Source: a virus (lineage: Duplodnaviria; Caudoviricetes). Taken from it: DNA of 32,431 bases. The stretch is from positions 1 through 32,431 of IMG/VR virus record IMGVR_UViG_3300005805_000278. The stretch is one strand, 5' to 3'. The position numbers and the translations under genes are program-made. Every line of letters begins with the position of its first letter. Positions within the stretch are counted from its first letter, which is position 1. This document shows, in pieces, positions 8,924 to 17,760 of this stretch. The notes under the pieces are model-generated. The model was not told the origin of the DNA. It was given only the letters and a program-made list of their open reading frames with translations, and ran no database searches.

Positions 8924-9480
8924 GGCCTGACACGCTCCGCAAGATCCAGCTGCCGGTCGTCGAGCCCGTGAGTCTCACGGAGGCGAAGCAACAGATCGGC
9001 ATGCTCGCCGATGTGACCGAGTTCGACCGCTTCCTCGTGGACAAGATCTCGACCGCCCGGGCCCTGATCGAGGCGCGGCTCGGGATCACGATGGTCGCGA
9101 CGAAGTACCGGGCCGTGTGGCGGTCCGCCACAGCGGCCGTCCGCCTGCCGGCCCCTCCCCTGCTCGTCTCCGAGGCCTACCCGATGTCGGCCACGCTCGA
9201 CGGCGAGACGCTCGTGGCCGAGACCGACTACGCGGTCGACACCGACGCCGTCCCCGGCGAGTTCGCCCTGGCGGCCGGCGGCGGCGGTAAGCTCGTGATC
9301 GAGTACTGGGGGGGCGTGCCGCCCGAGACCCCGCCGTGCCCGATGCTGAAGTCGGCGATCCTGGCCTATGTGAACCACTGCTTCGAGAATCGAGGCGTCC
9401 TGGCGACCGATTCGGCCGCCGAGCTTCCTCAGGCCTTCGAGACGCTCCTGGCGGCGAGCTCGTGGAACGGGGGCTGGTGA
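8920..9480 (+). CDS. Head-tail adaptor (HK97 gp6/SPP1 gp15-like)
   Basis: GTG start; EPVSLTEAK motif; AIL..V.H.FENR C-terminal motif. Confidence 0.85.
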   Translation: MRPDTLRKIQLPVVEPVSLTEAKQQIGMLADVTEFDRFLVDKISTARALIEARLGITMVATKYRAVWRSATAAVRLPAPPLLVSEAYPMSATLDGETLVAETDYAVDTDAVPGEFALAAGGGGKLVIEYWGGVPPETPPCPMLKSAILAYVNHCFENRGVLATDSAAELPQAFETLLAASSWNGGW

Positions 9481-9809
9481 TGCCTCCCGCCGGCACGATG
9501 ACCGAGGTGTTCGTCCTGGAGCGTCCAGTGGCCACGCGGAACGCCGCCGGCGAGAGCGTCACCACCTGGGAGTCGGTTGCCAAGCTGCTCGGCTCCTACG
9601 AGCAGACGTCGTTCTCCGAGCAGGCCCGCCGCGGGCAGATCGGCGGCAGCCTCCAGGCCACCGTGCGGATCCACTGGCGGGCCGACGTCACCTCGGCCAT
9701 GCGGCTCCGCTGGGCGTCGCGCGGGAACCGGGTGCTCATGATCGCCAGCATTGTCGAGGGGGGCCGCCGCCGCGAGCTCGAACTGACCGTCGAGGAACAA
9801 GCCGCATGA
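9480..9809 (+). CDS. Head closure protein (SPP1 gp16-like)
   Basis: RNAAGESVTTW, IHWRADVTSAMRL; synteny. Confidence 0.8.
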   Translation: MPPAGTMTEVFVLERPVATRNAAGESVTTWESVAKLLGSYEQTSFSEQARRGQIGGSLQATVRIHWRADVTSAMRLRWASRGNRVLMIASIVEGGRRRELELTVEEQAA

Positions 9810-10345
9810 TCAGCCTGAACTGGGACGGCATGCAGGGCGAGATCAGGGCCCTCATGGCCCGATTCGGCGAACTGCCGCGGCACATCGCGAAGAAGCACAT
9901 CAAGGCCGCTATGAATCGGTCGATGAAGGACGGCGTTCCCATCCTGAAAAGCCTGACGCCGAAGGGCGGCACGCGGACCCGGAGAAACGCGCTCAAGCGC
10001 GGGTCCGGTGGCCGCTTCGTCGCCGGCAGCGGCAAGAAGATGCGGGTCCGCGGCGGGGCTCTGCGGCGGGCCGTGACCACGAAATCGAAGTACATCGGCC
10101 GCAACCGCGACGGCGTCGTGTACGGCGTGGTGGGCTACAAGGCCGGCATGGAGTCGCGGAAGGCGATCTGGCTGGAGTTCGGCACGAGCCGCGGCATCTC
10201 GCCCCGCAACATCATGGAGCAGTTCCGGGCCCGCTACGGCGGCCCGGCCGCCTCGCGGCTGGCCGCCGAGATGGCCGCAGCCCTGGAGAAGGCTGCCGCC
10301 GAGCTGGCGAGCGGCATGAACCCCACGCGCAACTACGGGAGGTGA
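9806..10345 (+). CDS. Neck/tail completion protein (HK97 gp10-like)
   Basis: Basic protein with WLEFGT motif; synteny. Confidence 0.75.
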   Translation: MISLNWDGMQGEIRALMARFGELPRHIAKKHIKAAMNRSMKDGVPILKSLTPKGGTRTRRNALKRGSGGRFVAGSGKKMRVRGGALRRAVTTKSKYIGRNRDGVVYGVVGYKAGMESRKAIWLEFGTSRGISPRNIMEQFRARYGGPAASRLAAEMAAALEKAAAELASGMNPTRNYGR

Positions 10346-10346
10346 C

Positions 10347-10763
10347 ATGGGAGCCCCGCACAATTTCCTGCGGTCGGCGATCGAGGCGGCGGCCCCGGGC
10401 GTCACCGCCTGGCCGGTGGAGATGACCGGCGGCGGCGAGCCGCCCTACGTCACCTACACCCGCGAGGGCACCGCCCGCGAGCAGCTGCTCGACGACACGT
10501 TCGACGCCGAGCCAGACCCGGACGAACTACCGCCGGTCGCCCGCTACACCGTGGTGATCTACGCGGACAGCTACGTCCAGGCCTGGGAAATCGCTGGCCA
10601 GATCACGGCGGCCATCCATCGGTTCAAGGGTTCGGCTGCCGGCCAGACAATCGACCACTGCCTCGTCCTGGACGAACGGGACGGCGAGGCCGGCTTCCTC
10701 GACGGCCGCGAGCAGCCCACGTACACGGTCGAGCAGGCCGTGGAAATCCGATTCCAGGAGTGA
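10347..10763 (+). CDS. Tail terminator protein
   Basis: PPYVTY and IYADSYVQA motifs; synteny. Confidence 0.7.
   Translation: MGAPHNFLRSAIEAAAPGVTAWPVEMTGGGEPPYVTYTREGTAREQLLDDTFDAEPDPDELPPVARYTVVIYADSYVQAWEIAGQITAAIHRFKGSAAGQTIDHCLVLDERDGEAGFLDGREQPTYTVEQAVEIRFQE
10623..10651 (+). promoter_or_regulatory. Putative late promoter (TTCAAG-N17-GACAAT) upstream of tail tube genes
   Basis: Third copy of TTCAAGGGTTCGGC; lies inside the tail terminator CDS. Confidence 0.55.
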
Positions 10764-10765
10764 CC

Positions 10766-11101
10766 ATGCCGCTCTCCGCAAAGCCTACCAACGGCCCGAC
10801 GCTCCCGGCGGGCGTGAAGACCGTGTCGATCAAGGACATCGACCTCACGGCCAGCGTGGCGAAGGAGGACGTGACCGACCTCGACAGCACGGAGCGCGAG
10901 TACGCGGACCCGCCGCTGAAGGACGCCGGGGCGGGGAGCGCCACGAAGACGTGCTCGGCCAGCGGGAACCTCAAGGGTGCCGAGTTCGACCCGAGCCCGA
11001 ACACGGTCACGACCGGCTGGGTCCTCGAGGACTGCGAGTTCGTGTACGAGACGGGCAAGTACGCGACCTGGTCCGCCAACTGGTCCTACTACCCAACCTG
11101 A
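10766..11101 (+). CDS. Short tail-tube-like protein 1
   Basis: AGGAG RBS; EDVTDLD..REY..P..D.G pattern; position where the tube gene is expected. Confidence 0.55.
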   Translation: MPLSAKPTNGPTLPAGVKTVSIKDIDLTASVAKEDVTDLDSTEREYADPPLKDAGAGSATKTCSASGNLKGAEFDPSPNTVTTGWVLEDCEFVYETGKYATWSANWSYYPT

Positions 11102-11113
11102 TAGGAGCACGGA

Positions 11114-11476
11114 ATGACCGCGCCAGTCACATCGCAGGGCGTCTCGTTTCCGGGCGTCAGCGGGGCCACGAAGGTCACGATCAAGAAGTCGCGGTCCAAG
11201 CCCGGCGACAACAAGCTCGACGCCAGCACGCTCGCCATCGCCCACGGTGGGAATCGCGTCTACGAGGACGGCCTGCCGGACAACGGCCCCAACGGGGCGA
11301 CGAACGACGGCCTGACCGTGACGGCCACGGTCGAGTTCAACGGCGCCACGGCCCCGGCGAAGGGGTCCCTGGTGACGCGCGGTGGCGTCGACGTGAAGTG
11401 CATCGACGTCGAGGTCACGAACGAAGCCGGGGCCCTCGTGAAGGGTGTCGCAAACTACACGAGCGACTACGTCTAG
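11114..11476 (+). CDS. Short tail-tube-like protein 2
   Basis: SQG start, LDASTL...RVYEDGLPDNG, C-terminal GALVKGVANY. Confidence 0.55.
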   Translation: MTAPVTSQGVSFPGVSGATKVTIKKSRSKPGDNKLDASTLAIAHGGNRVYEDGLPDNGPNGATNDGLTVTATVEFNGATAPAKGSLVTRGGVDVKCIDVEVTNEAGALVKGVANYTSDYV

Positions 11477-11500
11477 TGCAGGCTCTGGCCAGGAGCCACC

Positions 11501-11893
11501 ATGCCGACGAACAACCCGCCGCCGTCGTCGCAGGGGTCCATCGTGACGTTCGATGGCGCCCAGCTTGGCCGTCTGACGGACTTCCAGGCAATCGCTGGCA
11601 CTGCCCGCTTCGAGGAAGTGACGAACGTCCTGTCTCGCGTCGTCGGCACCGGCGATGCCGCCCGGGTCGTCTCTCAATACGAGTGCCTCGGTATTGATCC
11701 AGGTGGGGCAAACATCACCATGAGGGACGTTCCGCCGTACATCCTCGACGACATCGGGGCGCGTGGCACTCTGACCGTCTCCATGTCCGGCGGAACGCTG
11801 GTGGCCGATGCCTTCCTCGAAACCTTCGACGTGGCCGGCAGCGTAGGGGAGTTCCTTCGCGGCACGGCGCGTTTCCGCTTCTCTGGGACCTGA
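11501..11893 (+). CDS. Short tail-tube-like protein 3
   Basis: SSQGSIVTF, EVTN, IDPGG, C-terminal SVGEFLRGTARFRF. Confidence 0.6.
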   Translation: MPTNNPPPSSQGSIVTFDGAQLGRLTDFQAIAGTARFEEVTNVLSRVVGTGDAARVVSQYECLGIDPGGANITMRDVPPYILDDIGARGTLTVSMSGGTLVADAFLETFDVAGSVGEFLRGTARFRFSGT

Positions 11894-11894
11894 C

Positions 11895-12260
11895 ATGCCA
11901 AAGCCCGACGAAGACCTTCTCAACTGGTCGCCCGAGACCGTCGCCGAAACGATCCCCGGCACTTCGCAACAGGTGCACTTCCGCTACCCGGTGTTCGAGG
12001 TCTGGCACGCCCTGGTCACGGAGCACGCCGAGCATGTCGGCCGCCTGCCGCCGGCGTCTCTGATCGCGAAGACGCTGATCGCGTGCGTGACCGACGAGGA
12101 CGGGAAGCCGCTGTTCACCGAGAAGACGGTGGGCCGGATCATGGCCGCCAATCCGAGCCGCGTGACGTGGCTGTATCGGCGGATCCTGAAGACGGTCCTG
12201 AAGAACGACAACGAGCAGGTGCAGGAGGTGGAAAAAAACTCCGCAGCCGGGCAGGACTGA
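11895..12260 (+). CDS. Tail assembly chaperone (gpG-like)
   Basis: CVTDEDGKPLF motif; ends EKN over a slippery site. Confidence 0.85.
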   Translation: MPKPDEDLLNWSPETVAETIPGTSQQVHFRYPVFEVWHALVTEHAEHVGRLPPASLIAKTLIACVTDEDGKPLFTEKTVGRIMAANPSRVTWLYRRILKTVLKNDNEQVQEVEKNSAAGQD

Positions 12261-12577
12261 ACGAACGGTTCCTGTACCGGCTGGCGGCACATCACCGAAT
12301 CGCCAACGCCGAGCGGCTGAAGGCGTCCATCCCGATCTCGGCCCTGCGCCGGTGGATGGCGTTCTACCGCGTCGAGCCGTTCGGGGATGAGTGGGGCCGG
12401 GCGGCCCTGCAGACGCTGCTGATCCTGAAGGCCCTGGGGGCGCAGGTGGACCCGAGATTCCGCGAGATGTTCCTGCCCTCATACGACCCGGACCGCGAGA
12501 TGACCGAAGACGAGATTCAGGCCGAGATGATGAAGTGCACGGGCGGCCGATTCGTTCCTGCCACTGACCTGGAGTAG
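12230..12577 (+). CDS. Frameshift-extension (T) part of gpGT tail chaperone
   Basis: FLYRLA...W.AFYRVEPFG.EW; directly upstream of tape measure; no convincing own start. Confidence 0.8.
   Translation, partial: GKKLRSRAGLNERFLYRLAAHHRIANAERLKASIPISALRRWMAFYRVEPFGDEWGRAALQTLLILKALGAQVDPRFREMFLPSYDPDREMTEDEIQAEMMKCTGGRFVPATDLE
12233..12239 (+). other. -1 ribosomal frameshift heptamer A AAA AAC
   Basis: In-frame GAA AAA AAC; the -1 frame is open to 12577. Confidence 0.85.
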
Positions 12578-12580
12578 CCT

Positions 12581-14107
12581 ATGGCCGCGATCGGCAAGGT
12601 ATCCGCCGTTTTCAGCGCCTCGACCTCCGGGCTCACCTCCGGCGTCAAGTCGGCGTCGTCCGCCCTCAAGGGCCTGCAGAGCGACGTCTCCAGCCTGCGG
12701 GGCGGGATGACGGCCCTGGTGGCGATCAACGGTGCCCAGCTGTTCGGTTCGCTCGTGAGCTCGGCCACCCAGGGGATCAGCAGCCTGATCAGCATGGGGC
12801 AGGCCCAGGCCGAGGTGATCGACAGCACGAGCAAGCTGGCGGCCCGGCTCGGGATGACCTATGGCGAGCTCTCCGGCATCGCCCTGGCCGGCGAGCTGGC
12901 TGGGGTGTCGCTGGAAACCATCGGCGCGGCGGCCACGAAGGCGGACGTGGCATTCGTGAAGGCCCAGCAGGGCTCGGCCGTGGCCCAGGCGGCGTTCGCA
13001 AACCTCGGCATCACGGTCGAGCAGCTCGCCGGCCTGAATGCCGCCGACCGGTTCGATCTGATCGCCGGCTCGATCGCCGGGATCCCGGGCGAGGCCGAGC
13101 GGGCCGCCGCCGCGGTGGCGATCTTCGGCCGCTCAGGCGCCCAGCTGCTGCCGCTGTTCGCCGGCGGGGCCGAAGGGATCGCCGCGGCCCGGGAGGAGGC
13201 CGAGCGGTTCGGGCTCGCCCTCACGACCGCCCAGGGGCAGGACGTGGAGGAAATGAACGACGCGTTCACGCGGGCCCAGAAGGCCATCGAGGGCGTCGTC
13301 CAGCAGGTGACGGCCTACCTGTCGCCCGCGATCGCCACGGTGACGACCGCGTTCTCCGATCTGATCGCCAACGTCGGCGGGGCCAACATCGGCCAGGCGA
13401 TCGGGGACGGCATCCTTCAGGGGGCGCGGTTCCTGGCCGAGATCGGCGACTTCGTGATCCAGAACTTCGGCTCGACGTTCACCTACCTGTCGCAAGTCGG
13501 CCAGCAGTGGGGCTCCGTCGCGGACTTCTTCGGCCGCACGGCCAACTTCCTCTCGGGCGTCTTCAATGCCGCCCAGGCTGGCCTCGGGCTGATCGTGCTC
13601 GGCTTCACCGGCGCCTTCGAGGGGCTGGCCACGATCGCCCAGAAGATCGGGCAGTTCCTGGGGTTCGACACTTCGTCGCTCGACGCCGTGGTGGAGGGCG
13701 CGAAGGCATTCAATCAGACGCTCTCCGACGGTATCACCGAAAACGTGACCGCGGCCCAGAAGGGGTTCTCGGCGGCCTTCGCGACCGACGCCGCCCCGGT
13801 CGGCAAGGCCATCGCCGGTCCGCTGACGACGGCCCTCGACGCCGCGTACGCCAAGGCCGACGCGTCCGCCAAACAGATCGAAAAAACGAAGCCGGCCCCC
13901 ATCGACGTCACCCAGACGGTCGAGTTCGCGGGCATCGACCAGGCGATCAAGGGCATCGACTCGCGGTCGTCCGAGGGGATCGCCGAGATGTTCCGCCTCA
14001 TGCGTGGCGGTGGTGGTGACGTGCAGCAACAGCAGCTGTCCGTGCTCGAGGAGATCGCCGCGAACACCTCCGGCGGCGACGACAGCTACCCGTTTGCTCT
14101 GGAGTGA
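12581..14107 (+). CDS. Tape measure protein (508 aa)
   Basis: Ala/Gly-rich helical protein, AVAIFGRSGAQLLP motif; follows G/GT. Confidence 0.9.
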   Translation: MAAIGKVSAVFSASTSGLTSGVKSASSALKGLQSDVSSLRGGMTALVAINGAQLFGSLVSSATQGISSLISMGQAQAEVIDSTSKLAARLGMTYGELSGIALAGELAGVSLETIGAAATKADVAFVKAQQGSAVAQAAFANLGITVEQLAGLNAADRFDLIAGSIAGIPGEAERAAAAVAIFGRSGAQLLPLFAGGAEGIAAAREEAERFGLALTTAQGQDVEEMNDAFTRAQKAIEGVVQQVTAYLSPAIATVTTAFSDLIANVGGANIGQAIGDGILQGARFLAEIGDFVIQNFGSTFTYLSQVGQQWGSVADFFGRTANFLSGVFNAAQAGLGLIVLGFTGAFEGLATIAQKIGQFLGFDTSSLDAVVEGAKAFNQTLSDGITENVTAAQKGFSAAFATDAAPVGKAIAGPLTTALDAAYAKADASAKQIEKTKPAPIDVTQTVEFAGIDQAIKGIDSRSSEGIAEMFRLMRGGGGDVQQQQLSVLEEIAANTSGGDDSYPFALE

Positions 14108-14110
14108 CCA

Positions 14111-15040
14111 ATGGCGATTCTCGGCTGGCGGCGCGTCGTCGAAGGGACTGGCCTCTCGGGCAAGGTCGGCGAGCCTCTGCGCTTCGACGAGTCCTGGCTG
14201 ATCCGCTGCGACTCGCCCAATGAGTCGAAGACGGCACTGGCCCGGGCCGTGCCGTGCGGCTGGTACTCGGCCCACTGGGAAAACGGCGAGTGCCGGGCGA
14301 TGGAGTTCAAGCTCTCGCCGGTCTCGAAGGAGGGCCTGCTCTGGCGGCTCGACGTGGCGTTCTACCCGCCGCCGCGGGCGGCACGGATGGACGAGAACAC
14401 GGGCAAGCCGAAGGACTTCTGGGAGCGTGGTGGCGGCACGTCGAACGTCCCGGCGTTCCGCGACCGCGACAACGTGATGATCGTGAACTCGGCCGGCGAT
14501 CCCGTGGAGGGCCTGCAGCGGGAGCGCGAGGAGAAAGACTGGACGCTGACCAAGTACTACGACGACGACTCGTGGAAGACCGACGCCGACACCTACGCCG
14601 GCAGCGTGAACTCCGACGCGTGGGACGGCGGGGATCCCGGGACGTGGAAGTGTGGGTTCAAGGGCGCGAAGCGGCGAGTGGTGCAGAACCTCGCCCGCAA
14701 CCGCGTGGCGGATAATGCAGGCGAGGGCGAGCCGGAAGCCGGTGGCGACGACGATGATCTCGTCCTGGTGGAGACCGTCTGGGAGTTCCGCTACGACCCT
14801 GGGACCTGGAAGACGATGCCGTGGGACGTTGGGTTCCACGAGATCGTGTCGGGCCAGCGGAAGGCGATCCTGGGGAGCGACAACAAGCCGGTGAAGCAGC
14901 CCGTGGCGCTCAACTCCAACGGCACGAAGAAAACAGCCGGCCAGCCTCCGAGCGTGATCCGGAACGGGGCCGGGGCCCCGCTCTACCCGGTGACGACGTT
15001 CGGTATCAAGTTCGGCACGCCTTTCATCGCCGAGGCCTGA
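14111..15040 (+). CDS. Tail tip/baseplate protein
   Basis: Directly after TMP; NSAGDP motif. Confidence 0.6.
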   Translation: MAILGWRRVVEGTGLSGKVGEPLRFDESWLIRCDSPNESKTALARAVPCGWYSAHWENGECRAMEFKLSPVSKEGLLWRLDVAFYPPPRAARMDENTGKPKDFWERGGGTSNVPAFRDRDNVMIVNSAGDPVEGLQREREEKDWTLTKYYDDDSWKTDADTYAGSVNSDAWDGGDPGTWKCGFKGAKRRVVQNLARNRVADNAGEGEPEAGGDDDDLVLVETVWEFRYDPGTWKTMPWDVGFHEIVSGQRKAILGSDNKPVKQPVALNSNGTKKTAGQPPSVIRNGAGAPLYPVTTFGIKFGTPFIAEA

Positions 15041-15043
15041 AGC

Positions 15044-15547
15044 ATGTCTGGCCCTCGGAAGGTCCATCTGACGGAGGACGTCGCCCGGCGGATGGGCGCG
15101 GCCACGCTGGCGTATGAGCGTGGAAATCGCGACATGCCGCCGGTCTATTTCCGGACGGCGGGCGGGGATGACGGCGCCGCGATCCGCGTCGGCAAGGTGT
15201 CGTCCGCCTGGGCCATCGGCACCTGCGCCACGGTCACGCTCTGGAGCCGCACCGATAGCAACTGCGCGCCGACAGCCTCCAGCCCGACCGAGACGATCGA
15301 GGCTGTCGCCAACCTGTCGTATGACGTGCCAGCGAACGCGTGGGTCGTGATCGGCCAAGGCACAGATGGTAAGTGGTACCTGCTGGATTCCGGCATCGAA
15401 GGCTCCTGCCGCCAAACCATTGGCGGCGAGGACGTCACGAAGTTGGCTGGGTGGGATGGGACGAAGGTGCAACTCCTCGGCCACGACGAAAACGGCTGCC
15501 TCAAGTGGTTTGATATCGCCGCCTGCGCGGCCCCAACAGAAGCATGA
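15044..15547 (+). CDS. Tail tip protein
   Basis: Synteny; coupled to the downstream fibre gene. Confidence 0.55.
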   Translation: MSGPRKVHLTEDVARRMGAATLAYERGNRDMPPVYFRTAGGDDGAAIRVGKVSSAWAIGTCATVTLWSRTDSNCAPTASSPTETIEAVANLSYDVPANAWVVIGQGTDGKWYLLDSGIEGSCRQTIGGEDVTKLAGWDGTKVQLLGHDENGCLKWFDIAACAAPTEA

Positions 15548-17316
15548 CAACAATTCGGTTTATCGACGGCAAGCCGATTCTGCGGGACGGCAAGGTCAGC
15601 ACAAACGACGAATGCTGCGTCTGCCCGGCCTGCTGCCAGCATTTCTGCAACAAGATGTGCTGCAATCAGATCAAGTGGGTGGTGCCTGAGTCCGAGGATT
15701 CTTTCACTACCGTTGACACCAACTGCCGCGCAACGCTTGAGCTTCCTGATAGCGTCCGCATTCGGGTGCGGGTCAGGTGCAGCGGGTACGTCTACGGAAC
15801 CTACGGCGAGACTCCTTACGACTGCGACACCGACTGCGAGATCGTCGAGGTTGAATACAGCGAAGACGGCGGCACTACATGGACAACCACGCCGCCGTCT
15901 GCGGTTGAAGGCATCACATGGTCTATCTACTGCGATGGTGACGCCGAGCAGCCAACAGCAGACGCGAGCGCACAACGCTGCGCCATACTGACGGCGACCA
16001 ACCAGGAGACATGCGAGAACGTGCTGGATGGCGAGTTCTCCAATCTCTTTGACCCGGCGCAGCAGCCTTGGGCAGATTGCGGGCTTACATGTGGACCACA
16101 GCCGACCGAGTGGCGACTCATCAGTGATTACTACGGCGACGTTTGGTTCTCTGGAGATGTGATTCCAAACCCGCTCTATACAGGCGCGGGCGAACAACTC
16201 TGTACCGACCCATGTAATCCGGGTTTCCCAGGACCACCGGCGCAACCGCGATGGCTGCTGGAACACTTCCCGTTCGCCGGCTCGGGCTATAACGACTGCC
16301 CTTACGCTCCGGCTGGCTGGCCTAGAACAGAAGGCGATTGGCTATACCTAGAGGTACTCGGGTGTGATGGGGCGAATTGGAAGCGAGTGCACGATTGGTG
16401 TGAATGTCACCCCGGTTTCGAGACTGAGGTTTACTTCATCATCTCGGACGCGACAGATCCGTGCGTGCTCTCTCAATTCTTCTGGAGCTATCTAGGGGCC
16501 ACACTGGGAAACGGAACATCCGGCGGCAACATCTATCAGTCGCCGCCCGGTTGTGCGTGCCTGCGTGACCCTGCGAACGGCGAGCAAATTACGCGCACAT
16601 CAGTCGGCCTTTTCGGCTCTTCCACCTGCTGCCCGCAGTGCAACCAATACCTCGGAGCCACTGGCTGCTCTACGGGATTGGAGTATCTCGGGCATGGTGA
16701 GGCGGTTCGGTTCACCGGCGCGGTGGATAACGAGGGTTCCAATCTCTGGAACTGGGAGGACGCCAACGGCGATTCCCCCGCTGGCTCATGGCCTACAGGC
16801 GACATCACAATCGCTGGAGAGCTTCGCTCCTGGCGGGGTCCGACCGTTTCTGGATCTTTCGCCAACTATCACCCCGACCTAGCCTCCCTGTCGTTTCCTA
16901 GCGTCACGCTGGAGCCGGGGGCGGTGCTGGCAATCAGCCTGACAACCGAGACGCTTACGGTTGACGGCGGCACGGTGGAGGCGACGCCGACGGCGGCCTG
17001 TTCGAACGGCGGGCAGTACGAGGTGGAAATTACCGTCACTGGCACAGCCACGTTCAGCGGCGATGCCGTGAACAACGGCACCATCACGGGCGACGCGACA
17101 TTCAGCGGCAACGCGACCAACGCTGGGACCGTCACGGGCAACTGCACATTCAGCGGCAGCGCGACGAACACCGGCACCGTGGACGGCGATGCAACATTCA
17201 GTGGCACGGCCAGCATGGCTGGCGATGTGACCGGCACCGCGACATTCACCGGCAGCGGCTGCTACACCAGCGGCACCGCTGGCACGTTCGTCCCCGACCC
17301 GCCCCCGGCGTGCTGA
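15544..17316 (+). CDS. Cys-rich tail fibre/receptor-binding protein candidate with C-terminal beta-solenoid repeats
   Basis: CCVCPACC N-terminus; lower-GC middle; 16-aa repeats at the C-terminus. Confidence 0.65.
   Translation: MTTIRFIDGKPILRDGKVSTNDECCVCPACCQHFCNKMCCNQIKWVVPESEDSFTTVDTNCRATLELPDSVRIRVRVRCSGYVYGTYGETPYDCDTDCEIVEVEYSEDGGTTWTTTPPSAVEGITWSIYCDGDAEQPTADASAQRCAILTATNQETCENVLDGEFSNLFDPAQQPWADCGLTCGPQPTEWRLISDYYGDVWFSGDVIPNPLYTGAGEQLCTDPCNPGFPGPPAQPRWLLEHFPFAGSGYNDCPYAPAGWPRTEGDWLYLEVLGCDGANWKRVHDWCECHPGFETEVYFIISDATDPCVLSQFFWSYLGATLGNGTSGGNIYQSPPGCACLRDPANGEQITRTSVGLFGSSTCCPQCNQYLGATGCSTGLEYLGHGEAVRFTGAVDNEGSNLWNWEDANGDSPAGSWPTGDITIAGELRSWRGPTVSGSFANYHPDLASLSFPSVTLEPGAVLAISLTTETLTVDGGTVEATPTAACSNGGQYEVEITVTGTATFSGDAVNNGTITGDATFSGNATNAGTVTGNCTFSGSATNTGTVDGDATFSGTASMAGDVTGTATFTGSGCYTSGTAGTFVPDPPPAC
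17041..17260 (+). repeat. About 4.5 tandem 48-bp (16-aa) repeats G.ATFSG.A.N.GTV.
   Basis: GTATFSGDAVNNGTIT/GDATFSGNATNAGTVT/GNCTFSGSATNTGTVD/GDATFSGTASMAGDVT/GTATFTG. Confidence 0.85.
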
Positions 17317-17317
17317 C

Positions 17318-17716
17318 ATGCGATACTGCACTCAACACTGGCTCAATCGACGCTGCCGCGAGGCTGGCGGAAAGAACGGCGACTGTGACGCCTGCATCGT
17401 CACGCATGGCGATGTGCTGGCAGTGGACGAGACGCACCCGGCGTTCCCAAAGACGGCGGCACCGAGCCTTGCCCAGAAGGCCGCCAACTTCGCCACTTCG
17501 GTCGTGAAGCATGTCGCGTCCGGGGCTCCCCGCTGCACCCAGGAGCAGGTTGACGCCCGGTTCGCCACCTGCCAGACGTGCCCGCACTACGACGGGAAAG
17601 CCTGCCGACTCTGCGGATGCCCAGTGGTCCGCGAGCAGGCGTACATCTCAAAGCTCTCCTGGGCCAACGAGAAGTGCCCGGCGGGCAAGTGGGGGCCGGT
17701 CCAGGTCGAGAGTTGA
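17318..17716 (+). CDS. Cys-rich metal-binding protein
   Basis: R...CQTCP...CRLCGC...K......CP.GKW. Confidence 0.75.
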   Translation: MRYCTQHWLNRRCREAGGKNGDCDACIVTHGDVLAVDETHPAFPKTAAPSLAQKAANFATSVVKHVASGAPRCTQEQVDARFATCQTCPHYDGKACRLCGCPVVREQAYISKLSWANEKCPAGKWGPVQVES

Positions 17717-17760
17717 CGGTCGGCGCTCGAGACAGCAGACACAACCACCAGGAGGCAAGG

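Noticed and set aside
13133-15553. 806-aa minus-strand ORF and other long overlapping ORFs (e.g. 559..2604, 7392..9131, 10571..11962, 21818..23125)
   Set aside because: Shadow ORFs of GC-rich coding sequence: Arg/Gly/Pro-rich, no motifs, fully overlapping well-supported genes
15544-17316. Diversity-generating retroelement target
   Set aside because: No reverse transcriptase and no template/variable repeat pair seen
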